From Planktothrix sp. GU0601_MAG3 (GTDB lineage: Bacteria; Cyanobacteriota; Cyanobacteriia; Cyanobacteriales; Microcoleaceae), in assembly GCA_035193785.1 (NCBI GenBank), contig CP136572.1, forward strand, positions 5,108,578 through 5,172,577: a stretch of DNA of 64,000 nt, in the 5' to 3' direction. Within the stretch, counting starts at the first letter, position 1. Each line of letters begins with the position of its first letter. Shown one piece after another: positions 11,704 through 23,815 of this stretch. The position numbers and the translations under genes are program-made. The notes beneath the pieces are model-generated. The model was not told the origin of the DNA. It saw nothing but the letters and a program-made list of their open reading frames with translations, and ran no database searches.

Positions 11704-12454
11704 TCAAACTTTGCCGAATCTACGTTCCCGTTTTTGATAAGAAGACAAAGCCAGATGCAATTCCGTATGATCGAAATCAGGCCAAAGGGTATCAGTTACA
11801 TAAATTTCTGCATAGGCGAGTTGCCATAATAAAAAATTACTAATTCGCAGTTCTCCACTGGTACGAATTAACAAATCAGGGTGACAGGTTCCAGCCGTAT
11901 ATAAATGTTGTTCAAACAGAGTTTCATCAATATCTTCCGGTTGAATTAACCCTTGTTTAACTTGAGTTGCAATCTCTCGACAGGCTTTTAAAATTTCTTG
12001 TCGTCCGCCATAATTAGTAGCAATTGTAAAGAGAATCCCCTTATTTTGTTTCGTTTCCTCCATCGAATATTCTATTTTTTCCTGTAGAGATTTAGGAAGT
12101 GCTGCCAAATTTCCGACAAACTGAATTCGCACTTCTTCCTCCATCATTTCTCGCAATTCTCGCATTAAAACCCGCTCAAATAATGCCATGAGAAAATCGA
12201 CTTCCTCTAAAGGACGCCCCCAATTTTCCGTAGAAAAAGCATAGGCCGTTAGTGTCTCCACACCCCAGTCTCGACAACAGCGTAAGACTTCTTTGAGGGA
12301 ATCGACCCCCCGACGGTGGCCCATAGTTCGAGGTAAACCTCGACGCTTCGCCCAGCGACCATTGCCATCCATAATCACAGCAATGTGTTTAGGTAAGCGG
12401 TTTCTGGTCTAAATCTGCGGGTAATTCATATATAACCCTTGTCTTAGCACTCAT
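11704..12454 (-). CDS. uppS: Undecaprenyl diphosphate synthase; frameshift near 12402
   Basis: [21 protein letters not shown] and [11 protein letters not shown]. The ATG overlaps the cdaA stop (ATGA). Confidence 0.95.
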
Positions 12455-13365
12455 TTTTTCTCCCGAGAAGCTTTAGATCGAGGACGGAATGGGCGAGACA
12501 CAAAAGCCCATCCTTGGGAACCCATGCGGTTTCCCCAGTGGGTAATGGAAATCGAAGCCACAGTTCCGTCATCATTAGATGTCCAAGAACGAGCTTCTAA
12601 TAGCTCTTTCAGTTTACTGCTAGTTAAGGGTCGGTTGAGGATTCCTTTTTCCGCCAGAGAAATTGAACCCGTTTCTTCCGACACCACAATACACATACAT
12701 TTTGCCACTCGTTCCGTAATTCCCATCGCCGCCCGATGACGAGTTCCCAATTGTCGGGACGCCATGCGTTCCGATAGAGGTAAAATCACCCCCGCCGCCG
12801 CAATTCGAGACGCCCGAATTAACACCGCCCCATCATGCAGCAGGGTTTTAGGTTGAAAAATAGTTTGTAAGAGTTCCCTGGAAACCTCGGCATTCAGTTT
12901 TACTCCGGGGACAGAAAAATCTCGTTCATCAATGGGACTTCCGGTTTCAATAATAATTAATGCCCCGGTACGATTTTGTGAGAGTTCTTTAACAGCTTCT
13001 ACAAGTTGATCAATTACCCCATCGGGTTCAGGAATAACACGGCGACCCTGACCAAACAATTGTGAAATTTCTCCGCGACCCAACTGTTCCAAAAATTCGC
13101 GGAATTCTGATTGTAGTATGACTGCCATCGCTACGGCAGAACCTGTAACTAAACTATTCAGGGCAATATACAATAATTTCAAACCTGCCCAGTTACTAAT
13201 GGCCGTTGCCAACATTAGAATAATAAACCCGCGCACCATCCAAAGGGTACGACGTTCTCCAATGATGACCAAAACCACATAAGCGACGGCAAAAACTAAT
13301 CCAATATCAAGACTTTGAATTAACCAGGGAGGAATTCCTTGCTGAGTCATGACTAGACGCCGCAT
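12451..13365 (-). CDS. cdaA: Diadenylate cyclase
   Basis: Three N-terminal TM segments, LHDGAV and GTRHRAA motifs; lies in the lysA-cdaA-uppS order. Confidence 0.93.
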   Translation of the reverse strand: MRRLVMTQQGIPPWLIQSLDIGLVFAVAYVVLVIIGERRTLWMVRGFIILMLATAISNWAGLKLLYIALNSLVTGSAVAMAVILQSEFREFLEQLGRGEISQLFGQGRRVIPEPDGVIDQLVEAVKELSQNRTGALIIIETGSPIDERDFSVPGVKLNAEVSRELLQTIFQPKTLLHDGAVLIRASRIAAAGVILPLSERMASRQLGTRHRAAMGITERVAKCMCIVVSEETGSISLAEKGILNRPLTSSKLKELLEARSWTSNDDGTVASISITHWGNRMGSQGWAFVSRPFRPRSKASREKK

Positions 13366-13404
13366 TCATCGAATTTTGATCAAATTAAGATAAGCCTGAG
13401 TCAA

Positions 13405-13470
13405 CCCCCTAAAAAGGGGGAGAACCGGATTTCAAAGTCCCTCTCAAAAAGGGGGATTTCAGGGGATCAG
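13405..13470. repeat. Degenerate cyanobacterial palindromic repeat (CCCCT.AAAAGGGGG type)
   Basis: Two C-run/G-run hairpins: cccctaaaaaggggg and ccctctcaaaaagggggatttcagggga. Confidence 0.5.
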
Positions 13471-13537
13471 ATCTCGGCGGTCAGCATGAGTTTTTGGCAA
13501 TTGTTGACACCGATCCCGTAGTTTCACCCTGCAACCA

Positions 13538-14927
13538 TTAACTATTAACGGTTAAGCGTTCTGGAAGTCGATCTTTACTAATTAAATCTTGGTAAGATTC
13601 TCGTTCAATAATGACGTTAGCATCACCACTATTAACTAAAACTGCCGCTGGTTTAGACAGTCGATTATAGTTAGAGGCCATACTATAATTGTAGGCTCCC
13701 GTTGCCATAACCACGAGAATATCCCCGGATTCAACTTTAGGAAGTTGAGCGTCCTTAATTAAAATATCCCCAGATTCACAATGTTTTCCTGCAACCGTAA
13801 CGGTTTCGGTCATCGGTGCCGACATTTTGTTAGCTAAAACCACGCGGTACAGGGATTGATAGGTAATCGGACGGGGGTTATCGGACATCCCGCCATCTAC
13901 AGCAATATAAGTCCGAATTCCAGGAACTTGTTTTTGAGATCCTACAGTGTAAGCTGTAACGCAACTAGAGCCAATCAGAGATCGTCCCGGTTCACATAAT
14001 AATCGGGGTAGGGGATATTGTTTTTGTTCACAGGCTTTGATCACGGATTCAGTCACAATTTTTACCCAATCTTCAATACTTGGGGGATCATCTGACTCCG
14101 TATAACAAATGCCTAAACCCCCACCAATATTAACTTCTGAGATATTTAAACCATGTTGGTTGGCTTTAGTTAAAGTATCAATAATTACAGAACCCAAATC
14201 ATTATGGGGTTGCAATTCAAAAATTTGGGAGCCAATATGGGCATGGACTCCAACGCAGGATAAACCCGTTTGTTGACTAATAAATTCAAAGACCTCATCC
14301 AGTTGGCCAGGATCAAAACCAAATTTACTATCTAAATGTCCAGTACGGATGTATTCGTGGGTATGACATTCAATTCCCGGGGTAAACCGAATCATCATCC
14401 GAATTGGATGATCAACGATGGACTCGTTACTCAGTTGGGCGAGGGTATGTAAATCTAGCCAATTATCCGCAACAACGGTACATCCGCTTTCAATCGCTAA
14501 TTTAATTTCTTCCGAGGATTTATTGTTACCATGGAGGTAGGTTTTTTCCGGTGGAAACTCCGGCTTGCAGGGCGGTATAAAGTTCTCCCCCGGATACCAC
14601 GTCAATACCTAATCCTTCGGAGGCCACAATAGCACAAACTGCCAAACAATTCCAGGCTTTGGAGGCGTACAGGACGAGGGACTCACCGGGATAATGACGT
14701 TTGAAGGCGTCCCGGTATTGTTGACAAGCGGTTCGCAGGGTGGTTTCATCAACAATATAGAGGGGTGTGCCAAATTGTTGGACTAGGGCGGTAACGTCAC
14801 AGCCGCCAATTTCTAGGTGATCTTGCGGATTGACTTTTGCTGTCAAAGGAAATAATTGTTGATTAGGCGATCGGGTTTCTAAGGCATCCGTTGATGCCGA
14901 TAGGTATTGCAGTCCAGAATTTTGCAC
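13538..14927 (-). CDS. lysA: Diaminopimelate decarboxylase; frameshift near 14556
   Basis: YASKA, HIGSQ, EPGRS, CESGD and GAYNYSMASNYN motifs. Confidence 0.95.
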
Positions 14928-15248
14928 GAGAAATACTATATTAACACTTCTATTGATCAGATTTTAGCGTAAAGTTGCACGGGTGTCTGGTGTTGACCAT
15001 CGGATATTGGCTGATTTGCAAAGATGATAGGCGTTTATGTTGAGTTTTTTTACTGGGGTTTAAGATAGATTAGGATATTTTGCACTTTTGATCTCTATTT
15101 TACCTGTTACTTTCTTGAAAGTGGTTGAGTGAAAATTCATCTCTGATCTTTTATTTTTACTCAGAAATTTTATTTCATTAATTTAACTTCAGAAGTTATT
15201 CCCTGGCTTATAATAGAATAGAAGGTTAGTTAGAAAATGTTAGTTTAA

Positions 15249-15845
15249 ATGGGAAAACAATATTTAGAACTCAAACCGTTAACAGAAAATCAACTTTCGG
15301 CTGTGGTGGAACTAGATCAACGGTGTTTAGGTGGATTATGGACGAAAGACGGATATCAACGGGAAATAGAGAGTCCCAATAGTGATTTAATCATCTGGAA
15401 ACGGGAAGAAAAAACCGGGGATCAAGAACCTAAAAAAGAAGAATTTCAACTCCCCCAAATAGAATTAACTGATGTGGAAACTTTGAGTGATCAACTAATC
15501 GGTATTGGCTGTTTATGGGCAATCTTAGAAGAAGCCCATATTACTATTTTAGCGATTGATCCAGAATATCAAGGAAAAGGGTTAGGTCAGGCGTTATTAT
15601 TTCAATTATTAGTATCGGCTTGGAAACGTAAACTAGAACGGGCTACCCTAGAGGTGAAAGTTTCTAATCAACCTGCGATTAATTTATATAGGAAATTTGG
15701 CTTTAAAGAAGCAGGACGTCGTAAAGGATATTATCAAGATACCGGGGAAGATGCCTTAATTCTGTGGCGCGGGGATCTGCATCATCCCCATTTTCCCGAT
15801 ACCCTCCATCACTGGTATCAGGAGATTTGCTTAAAATTGAATTAA
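15249..15845 (+). CDS. rimI: Ribosomal-protein-alanine N-acetyltransferase
   Basis: EAHITILA, QGKGLG, LEVKVSN and RRKGYY..EDALI motifs. Confidence 0.85.
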   Translation: MGKQYLELKPLTENQLSAVVELDQRCLGGLWTKDGYQREIESPNSDLIIWKREEKTGDQEPKKEEFQLPQIELTDVETLSDQLIGIGCLWAILEEAHITILAIDPEYQGKGLGQALLFQLLVSAWKRKLERATLEVKVSNQPAINLYRKFGFKEAGRRKGYYQDTGEDALILWRGDLHHPHFPDTLHHWYQEICLKLN

Positions 15846-15846
15846 T

Positions 15847-16521
15847 TTAATGTTGAGATTTAACCTCTATTTTCTGATATTGATAGGGACGATTTTCAGC
15901 CCCCCAAACCCTTTTACCTTGAGCATCAAAGCCCCGATCTTGAGTTTCCATGCCATTTTGATCTAACTTAATTGTATTCGTAATTTTAACCGCCCCTTTA
16001 AAATTAGTAACACAGCCTCCGGGTTGAGTTTCACCAATATATTGATCTCCCACAGGTTTCAAAAATACACTACAATTTGCATTCTCTATTTCTTGATAAC
16101 TGATCACCCGTTCTGATAGAGTTTTTTTACACAAACCTATCCACTTTTTCGGATTAATTGGTTTAAAACTGACAGACTCAATCCCATTTTTATCAATACT
16201 GGGAATAATTTCCAAAAATCTCTGACGATAGGGCTTTGATAAATTGCGAGTTAAAGCTTGTTCTTGATAGAGAAAAACACCTTGAGAACGTTTAGCAGAA
16301 GGGTCTGTCTGGTTCAACTTTACCTCACAAGTCGTCATCCGAACACTGGGCGCACCAGGAATTGCCTTCGCCTGGGCTGAAGTCTCCATGATACCCGTCA
16401 AATAGGATGTTACCTGCTGAACATGACCCGCCATCGGATCGGGTTGAGTCCCACATCCACTTAAAATAACAAAAACCCCTAAAATAGAAACAGGAGATAG
16501 TTTGATCATTAGAATATCCAA
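15847..16521 (-). CDS. CpcT/CpeT-family (chromophore lyase-like) lipoprotein
   Basis: YQEQAL...PYRQR and DRGFDAQGKRVWGA motifs; lipobox LSGC. Confidence 0.75.
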   Translation of the reverse strand: MDILMIKLSPVSILGVFVILSGCGTQPDPMAGHVQQVTSYLTGIMETSAQAKAIPGAPSVRMTTCEVKLNQTDPSAKRSQGVFLYQEQALTRNLSKPYRQRFLEIIPSIDKNGIESVSFKPINPKKWIGLCKKTLSERVISYQEIENANCSVFLKPVGDQYIGETQPGGCVTNFKGAVKITNTIKLDQNGMETQDRGFDAQGKRVWGAENRPYQYQKIEVKSQH

Positions 16522-16581
16522 AAGGTCGTAAGCCCTTGGGGGCCTGCCAACATTGTATTAACATAACCTGTAAATATTATT

Positions 16582-17541
16582 ATGCCAACCTACACCGGAA
16601 TTTCTAGCGAAGCCTTTCGTCATCCCCTAGATAAAGAAGCAGAAGTTGCTTTAAGAAGTGTTCCAGGCTTTGATTTAATCGCCAGTAAATTTGTCGAATT
16701 TATCTATGAACGTCCTCAATATGTTTACTTAATGGGAAATGCTGTGCAAGTAGGGCCCAGACAATATGCGAGTATTTATCATATTTTTCGGGAATGTGTC
16801 AGGGATTTAGATATCTTTCCCGAACCGGGTTTATTTGTCTCTCAAAATCCCCAAGTTAATAGTTATGCTTTGGGACAGGAACACCCCTATATTATTTTGA
16901 ATACGGGTCTTTTAGACTTAGTAGATGAAGCCGAACTAAGGGTGGTTTTGGCCCATGAATTAGGACATATAAAATGTGGTCATCCGATTTTAAATCAGAT
17001 GTCAATTTGGGCGATGGGTGTGGCTTCAATGATTGGGGAATTAACTTTTGGGTTGGGAAATTTAGTCAATAGTGGCTTAATTTATGCCTTTTATGAATGG
17101 CGAAGAAAAGCCGAATTATCGGCAGACCGGGCGGCATTATTGGTGACGGATGATCTCAAATGTGTGATGAAATCCATGATGCAATTAGCGGGAGTTAGTA
17201 CAAAATATGCCCATGAATGTAGTTTAGATGAATTCATTCGTCAATCCGAACAATATCGAGATTTAGATCAAGATGGTTTGAATCAAGTGTATAAGTTTTT
17301 ATTTTATAATGGCGGTCAAGGCATGATGTCCAGTCATCCCTTTCCCGTGGAACGAATTCAATATTTAAAAGAGTGGAACGATTCAGTAGAATATGCTAAA
17401 ATCCGTTCCGGCCACTATCCACAAGCCACCGCAGAAGGTTCGGTTAATGTCAAAGCCGAAAAATCCCAAGATGAAGTCGAAGATTTACGCCGACAAATTG
17501 AGGAGTTACAGAATCAAATTAATCGAATTAAGTTTAAATAA
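16582..17541 (+). CDS. M48 family zinc metallopeptidase
   Basis: HELGH, E.SADR and SHP motifs. Confidence 0.9.
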   Translation: MPTYTGISSEAFRHPLDKEAEVALRSVPGFDLIASKFVEFIYERPQYVYLMGNAVQVGPRQYASIYHIFRECVRDLDIFPEPGLFVSQNPQVNSYALGQEHPYIILNTGLLDLVDEAELRVVLAHELGHIKCGHPILNQMSIWAMGVASMIGELTFGLGNLVNSGLIYAFYEWRRKAELSADRAALLVTDDLKCVMKSMMQLAGVSTKYAHECSLDEFIRQSEQYRDLDQDGLNQVYKFLFYNGGQGMMSSHPFPVERIQYLKEWNDSVEYAKIRSGHYPQATAEGSVNVKAEKSQDEVEDLRRQIEELQNQINRIKFK

Positions 17542-18181
17542 TTTTGTTTTCCGTTAAACTCCTCAATAATTCCACCGCTACCCGTCGATAATCCGAAGCG
17601 GCTTCCCGGGAATTATGACTTTTTGCTTGAATAATTGGTACCCCTTCCAAGGGACAACGTTCATGGGCTTTATAGGCGCGAATAATGTTTTTAAATACCG
17701 GAATCCCCGCTTCTTGTAGGGATTTTTGGGCATCAAAAGCATCTCCTAAACTGCGGGGGTCAACTTTAGTCATTAAGACCCGATGGGGAACTTTTGAAGG
17801 GGTAATCGCCGATCTCACGGTTTCAATTAAAGCAACTAAATCCATGGGTGCGGCTTGGGTCGGTAATACCAAATAATCGGCCACCTGCACCACAGCTAAT
17901 AACGCATCGGATTTTAACGCCGGAGGCGTATCCACCACTACCAATTCATAGTCCTGCACCTGCTTCAATCGAGACAGCAAACTCGGGTCAGTCTCCGAGG
18001 AATGCTCAAAGGGCATTTCTCCCCCGTGGCCCTGTTCCGCCCACCAACAAGCCGAACCCTGGGGGTCTGTATCGACTAACAGGGTGCTGAAGTTGTGGGC
18101 GAGAATAGCAGCCAGGTTAATGGCGGTTGTGGTTTTGCCCACTCCCCCTTTTCCATTGGCGATCGCGAGAATTTTGGCCAT
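17534..18181 (-). CDS. Orphan ParA/Soj family ATPase
   Basis: [13 protein letters not shown] and DTPP motifs; no adjacent parB. Confidence 0.9.
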   Translation of the reverse strand: MAKILAIANGKGGVGKTTTAINLAAILAHNFSTLLVDTDPQGSACWWAEQGHGGEMPFEHSSETDPSLLSRLKQVQDYELVVVDTPPALKSDALLAVVQVADYLVLPTQAAPMDLVALIETVRSAITPSKVPHRVLMTKVDPRSLGDAFDAQKSLQEAGIPVFKNIIRAYKAHERCPLEGVPIIQAKSHNSREAASDYRRVAVELLRSLTENKII

Positions 18182-18320
18182 AGTTTATAGATCCGGTGGC
18201 AAGCACATTTCAGTGTAACGGATCAAGAGACAGCCTTGACCGTTAATTATTAACTGAAAAAGAGTTAATCTAAACCCGTTATCCTTTAAGCTAAAAATCA
18301 ATATAGCGGAATGTAAGACT

Positions 18321-19908
18321 ATGGATGCCACTAAACTCTGGCAACGCTACCAAGATTGGCTATACTACCATGACAGCTTAGGACTGTACCTGGATGTTAG
18401 TCGGATGCGATTTGATGATGATTTTGTTGCATCCTTATTGCCCAAGTTTGATCAGGCTTTCAAAGCCATGGACGCTTTGGAACAAGGGGCGATCGCCAAC
18501 CCCGATGAAAACCGAATGGTCGGCCATTATTGGTTGCGCGACCCCGATCTCGCCCCCACCAAGGAGCTCAAGCAAGAAATCGTTGAAACCCTAGAAAAAA
18601 TAGAAACTTTTACAGCCAAGATTCATCAAGGGGAGATTAAACCGCCGAATGCGGCCAAATTCACTGATATTTTATCCATTGGCATTGGCGGATCGGCTTT
18701 GGGGCCTGAATTTGTGGCGGAGGCCCTAGCCCCTGATCATCCAGCCCTGAATATCCATTTTATCAATAACAGTGATCCCAGAGGCATCGATCGGGTTTTG
18801 GCTCAACTTGGCGATCGCCTCAAAAGTACCCTAGTGCTTGTCATTTCTAAATCCGGTGGCACTCCAGAACCGCGTAACGGCATGATTGAGGTAAAAAATG
18901 CCTTTTCTGCCCAAAACTTAAACTTTGCCCAACAAGCCGTGGCTGTTACGGGTGTCGGTAGCCTACTCGATCAACAAGCCCATGCCGAAGGCTGGTTAAC
19001 CACCTTTCCTATGGCTGATTGGGTGGGGGGCCGAACTTCTGAATTATCGGCCGTTGGGTTATTGCCTGCGGCCTTACAGGGGATTGATATTCGGGGGATG
19101 TTGGCCGGGGCGAAAGCCATGGATATCGCCACCCGCACACCGGAGGTAAAAACCAATCCGGCGGCGTTATTGGCCTTGGCTTGGTATTATGCCGGAAATG
19201 GTAAGGGCGAAAAAGATATGGTAGTTTTGCCCTATAAAGATAGTTTGCTGTTGTTTAGTCGTTATTTACAACAGTTAGTTATGGAATCTTTAGGTAAAGA
19301 AAAAGACCTCGATGGCAATATTGTCTATCAGGGAATTGCTGTTTACGGAAATAAAGGATCAACGGATCAACACGCCTATATTCAACAATTACGCGACGGA
19401 GTTCCTAACTTTTTTGCCACCTTTATTGAAGTGTTGAAAGATCGATCTTCCCCTTCGATTGAAATTGAACCTGGAGTCACATCCGGGGATTATTTATCGG
19501 GATTTTTACTCGGAACTCGGCAAGCATTGTATGAAAATCAGCGAGATTCGATTACTATTACAGTTCCCGAAGTTAATCCCCAAATTGTCGGCGCGTTAAT
19601 TGCTTTGTATGATCGGGCGGTGGGTTTATATGCGTCTTTAGTGAATATTAACGCTTACCATCAACCGGGTGTTGAAGCCGGGAAAAAAGCAGCCGCAGAA
19701 GTTCTGGACTTACAACATAAAATTATTCAGGTTTCTGCAAAACTCAGGTCAACCCCTATCTTTGGAAACCCTGGCTCAACAGGCGGGAGTCCCCGATCAA
19801 ATTGAAGCCCTTTATAAAATCCTGCGACATTTAGCAACAAATAAACGCGGGGTATTATTAACAGGAAATCCAGGAAAACCAGCATCCTTAATGGCAAGTT
19901 ATCAATAA
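18321..19908 (+). CDS. pgi: Glucose-6-phosphate isomerase; frameshift near 19732
   Basis: [29 protein letters not shown] and HQPGVEAGK motifs. Confidence 0.95.
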
Positions 19909-19927
19909 TTGAGTGTTGACAGTCAAC

Positions 19928-20123
19928 TATAGCAATCCTATTTGAGTTGTGTTCAAAATTCCTGAACAAAAGGGAACAGGCTGCGTCGTGAGCCGTGAGC
20001 CTGTCGAACGAGAACAGGGAACAGGGAATAGGGAATAGGGAATAGGGAATAGGGAATAGGGGTAATACTTCTGACTGTTTCATATCAGTATTGAAATGTT
20101 ACAACCTATTTAGGATTGCTATA
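19928..20123. mobile_element. MITE-like element (about 196 bp) with an internal (GGGAATA/GGGAACA)n array
   Basis: Terminal inverted repeats TATAGCAATCCTA...TAGGATTGCTATA extend imperfectly to about 23 bp, with TA at both ends. Confidence 0.65.
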
Positions 20124-20174
20124 TTAAGGTGTTATTTACTAACAGCTAATTGTTAACTGTCAGCCACCCAGAAT

Positions 20175-20340
20175 CTCCCCCTACCTCCCCCTACCTCCCC
20201 CTGCTCCCCCTGCTCCCCCACTCCCCCTACCTCCCCCACTCCCCCTGCTCCCCCTGCTCCCCCTGCTCCCCCTGCTCCCCCCACTCCCCCTGCTCCCCCT
20301 GCTCCCTCTGCCCCCCTACTCCCTATGCCTCCCTACTCCC
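20175..20340. repeat. C-rich 9-mer tandem array (CCCCCTGCT and variants)
   Basis: About 18 units ending immediately before the response-regulator ATG. Confidence 0.9.
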
Positions 20341-20341
20341 T

Positions 20342-21010
20342 ATGCCTCTAACAATTCTAGTTGTTGATGATGATTTAGGGACTCGCCTCTCGATTAGTGA
20401 TTACTTGGACATTTCAGGCTATTCGGTAATTGCCGCGGAGAATGGTCGGGAGGCGCTGCGCCTGGTGGAGCAATATCAGCCCCACCTGATCGTGACAGAT
20501 ATTGGTATGCCGGAGATGGATGGCTATGAACTGATCAAGCAAGTCCGCGCTCGTCCTGTTTTTCGCCTGCTGCCGGTGATTTTTTTAACCGCCCATACCA
20601 GTACCAAAGAGCGAATTCGGGGGTATCAACTCGGATGTGATAATTATTTGCCCAAACCCTTTGAGTTAGAGGAGTTGGGGGTCGTGATTCGGGCTTTATT
20701 AGAGCGATCGCAATTAATTGAGTCGGAATGGCGAGTCCGTCTATCCGATCCGGTTACCGATGCCCCCGATGGGAATTTAGACCCTGTAGCGACGAAATTA
20801 CAACCCACTTTGGAGATTGGTCTAACCCAACGAGAGCATCAAGTCCTAGAGTTGTTAGCTGAGGGACTCTCTAATATTGCCATTGGCGATCACTTACACC
20901 TGAGTCCGAGAACCGTTGAGAAATATGTCAGTAGTTTATTGAGAAAAACGGACAGCAATAATCGCACAGAGTTGATCCGGTTTGCCCTAAAAAATAATTT
21001 GATTTCTTGA
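20342..21010 (+). CDS. NarL/LuxR-family response regulator (Ycf29-like)
   Basis: REC domain (VVDDD, DIGMP, KPF) plus LuxR HTH (LTQRE...LSPRTVEKY). The ORF-track extension from 20150 is translated repeat. Confidence 0.9.
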   Translation: MPLTILVVDDDLGTRLSISDYLDISGYSVIAAENGREALRLVEQYQPHLIVTDIGMPEMDGYELIKQVRARPVFRLLPVIFLTAHTSTKERIRGYQLGCDNYLPKPFELEELGVVIRALLERSQLIESEWRVRLSDPVTDAPDGNLDPVATKLQPTLEIGLTQREHQVLELLAEGLSNIAIGDHLHLSPRTVEKYVSSLLRKTDSNNRTELIRFALKNNLIS

Positions 21011-21167
21011 TTCACGGGAAATGGGAAATGGCCAATAATTTATTACAAAATATTAAGCTGTATTGCAAAGCGTCACAACTGAAGGGGGAAAAATGGTTTC
21101 CAGGTGGGTGTCTGTGATACCATCACTCAAGAATAAAAAGATCAAGATAGATATTGGGGGAAGACCT

Positions 21168-22392
21168 TTGACACTACGGGTTGCTGTTGTTGGTTCTGGC
21201 CCTGCGGGTGCTTCCGCGGCCGAGACGCTAGTTAAAGCAGGCATTGAAACCTACCTGTTTGAACGCAAGCTGGATAACGCCAAACCCTGTGGTGGGGCGA
21301 TCCCGCTTTGTATGGTAAGTGAGTTCGACCTACCGGCTCACGTTATTGATCGGCGGGTGAGAAAAATGAAAATGATCTCTCCCTCAAACCGTGAGGTCGA
21401 TATTTTCATTGAAAAAGAAGAGGAATATATTGGGATGTGCCGTCGGGAAATTCTCGATGGGTTTATGCGCGATCGCGCCGTCTCTTTAGGAGCGATTTTA
21501 ATAAATGGTACTGTTCATCAGTTAAAAATTCCTCAAACCAATTCCGCGCCCTATGTGCTCCATTACCATGATCACAGCACGGCTGAGGATGGCGTAGGTA
21601 CACCGAAAACCCTAGAGGTGGATGTGGTCATTGGGGCTGATGGGGCTAACTCCCGCATTGCTAAAGCCATTGATGCCGGGGATTATAATTATGCGATCGC
21701 TTTCCAAGAACGCATCCGCATTCCCGAAGATAAAATGGCCTATTATGAAGATCGGGCGGAAATGTATGTGGGTAACGATGTTTCCCCCGACTTCTACGCT
21801 TGGGTATTCCCCAAATACGACCATGTGGCCGTGGGAACCGGGACAATGAAACCCAACCAAGCCATGATCAAGCAATTGCAAGCGGGAATTCGCGCCCGGG
21901 CTGCCCACCGGATCGAAGGCGGTAAAATTATCAAGGTGGAAGCTCACCCCATCCCTGAACATCCCCGTCCCCGTCGGGTAGTGGGACGAGTGGCTTTGGT
22001 GGGAGATGCCGCCGGGACAGTTACCAAGTCCTCTGGAGAAGGGATCTACTTCGCCGCTAAGTCGGGCCGGATGTGCGCCGAAACTATTGTGGAAACGCAG
22101 CAATAGCGGTCAACGCATTCCCACAGAGGCGGATCTGAAGGACTATATCAAACTCTGGGATAAGAAATATGGCATTACTTATCTGGTGTTAGATATTCTG
22201 CAACGGGTATTCTATCGGACGGACGCCACCCGGGAAGCCTTTGTAGAAATGTGTTCGGATCGGGATGTGCAGAAGTTAACTTTTGATAGCTATTTGTACA
22301 AAACCGTTGTTCCAGCAAACCCTTTAATTCAGATGAAAATTACTGCCAAAACCCTGGCAAGTTTGTTACGCGGCAATGCGTTAGCACCTTAA
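21168..22392 (+). CDS. chlP: Geranylgeranyl reductase; frameshift near 22093
   Basis: LRVAVVGSGPAG, AKPCGGAIP and GDAAG...SGEGIYFA motifs; TTG start. Confidence 0.95.
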
Positions 22393-22402
22393 TCAGTTAT
22401 CA

Positions 22403-22454
22403 GTGCCATGGCGCGTCTGTACCAGCGTAGAGACGTGCCATGGCGCGTCTCTAC
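22403..22454. repeat. REP-like palindromes (partial plus full copy)
   Basis: gtagagacgtgccatggcgcgtctctac at 22427-22454, preceded by gtgccatggcgcgtctgtac. Confidence 0.75.
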
Positions 22455-22484
22455 TGATAATTGATTATAAGGAGAAATTTAAGT

Positions 22485-23355
22485 ATGAGTTCAACAAACC
22501 CGTCTGAAACCCAACTGAATGCGACGGATATTCTACAATTAGTACAACAGGAAAAAACAGCTACCTTGAGTCATTTAGTCTCGAGTGTTGTTCATGAAAT
22601 TAATAATCCCTTGGGGTGTATTGCCGGAAATATTACTTATATTAAAGATTATGTTAAAGATTTGTTGAATTTAATTGAATTATATCAGGAACGTTATCCT
22701 GAGCCGGGGGATGAGATTAACGATGAAATTGATTCTATTGATTTAGAGTATTTAATCGAAGATGTGCCGAAATTGTTAGCTGCGATGGAAAATGGGGCAG
22801 AACGGTTACATCAAATTAGTAATTCTTTACGGACGTTTGGGCGGTTTGAAGGCGATCGTCAAGTCTTATTTAATATTCATGATGGCATTGATAGTGTGTT
22901 ATTAATGTTAAAAAGTCGCTTCAAAGGCACTAAAATCAGGTCTCCGATTGAAGTTGTTAAAAATTATGGGAATATTCCTGAAATTAATTGTTACCCGGGA
23001 CATTTTAATCAAGCTTTATCCTATTTAATTAATCATGGGATTAACTCCCTAGATAAAAAAGCAGAAGCTCACCCTAGCGATCCTGAATTTAAACCCACAA
23101 TTACCATTAAAACCGACTTAAACCAAGATTCTATGGTTTTATCAATTCAAGATAATAGTTTGGGAATATCTGAGGATGTTCAAAATGCAATTTTTGAGGA
23201 TTTATTAATTACAAAACCTGTATTACAAGGAAGTGGAATTGGTTTATCGGTGAGTCGTCAGATTATTGAAGATCGGCATCAAGGCAAAATTATCTGTCGG
23301 TCATCGGTGGGAAACTGGAACAGAATTTATCATTGAACTTCCTCTGTCTCCATGA
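22485..23355 (+). CDS. Sensor-less histidine kinase-like protein (HisKA plus degenerate HATPase); frameshift near 23312
   Basis: HEINNPL H-box and GSGIGLS G2 box. The repaired end reads GTGTEFIIELP. Confidence 0.8.
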
Positions 23356-23391
23356 GTTAATAATAGATTGACAAAATTTTAGGACTTGAAA

Positions 23392-23688
23392 ATGACTCAA
23401 AACCTGCGTGTTGTTGCTCGTGTTGTGGCGTTACCGAATCAGGTAGAAGCGTTAAAATCGGTATTAATAGGGTTAGTTGAACCGACTCGCCAGGAAGCAG
23501 GTTGTTTACAATATGATTTATTACAAAATCAAGCAGATCCAACGGATTTTACCTTTGTAGAAACATGGGAAAGTTTAGAGCATTTACAAACCCATTTAGC
23601 AAGTGTTCACCTTCAAGCTGCTGCAATTGCAATTAAGGATTTAGTCGCTAGTCCGGCGGATATTCGGTGTTATGATCGGATTTTATAG
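23392..23688 (+). CDS. ABM/quinol monooxygenase family protein
   Basis: TRQEAGCLQYDL, FVETW and HLASVH motifs. Confidence 0.85.
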   Translation: MTQNLRVVARVVALPNQVEALKSVLIGLVEPTRQEAGCLQYDLLQNQADPTDFTFVETWESLEHLQTHLASVHLQAAAIAIKDLVASPADIRCYDRIL

Positions 23689-23815
23689 GGTTTAATTGTT
23701 GAGATTAAAAATAGGATTTAAGTCTAAAATAAAACCCTTTAAAATATTTTCTTTCTGATAATTGAGAAGGGTTTTATAGGATTTATACAGTTTTTTTAAT
23801 CCGTTCTTAAGATTA

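Noticed and set aside
12451..13365. Cyclic-nucleotide anti-phage signalling
   Set aside because: It is an ordinary membrane CdaA in the conserved cyanobacterial lysA-cdaA-uppS arrangement.
19727..20341. ORF 19727-20083 and the Pro/Cys-rich N-terminal extension of the response regulator
   Set aside because: Both derive from tandem repeats. The REC domain begins at ATG 20342.
21612..22103. Long antisense ORFs (also within glyA, pgi, ycf46, serA, fni and sppA)
   Set aside because: They are shadows of well-supported genes and have no motifs of their own.
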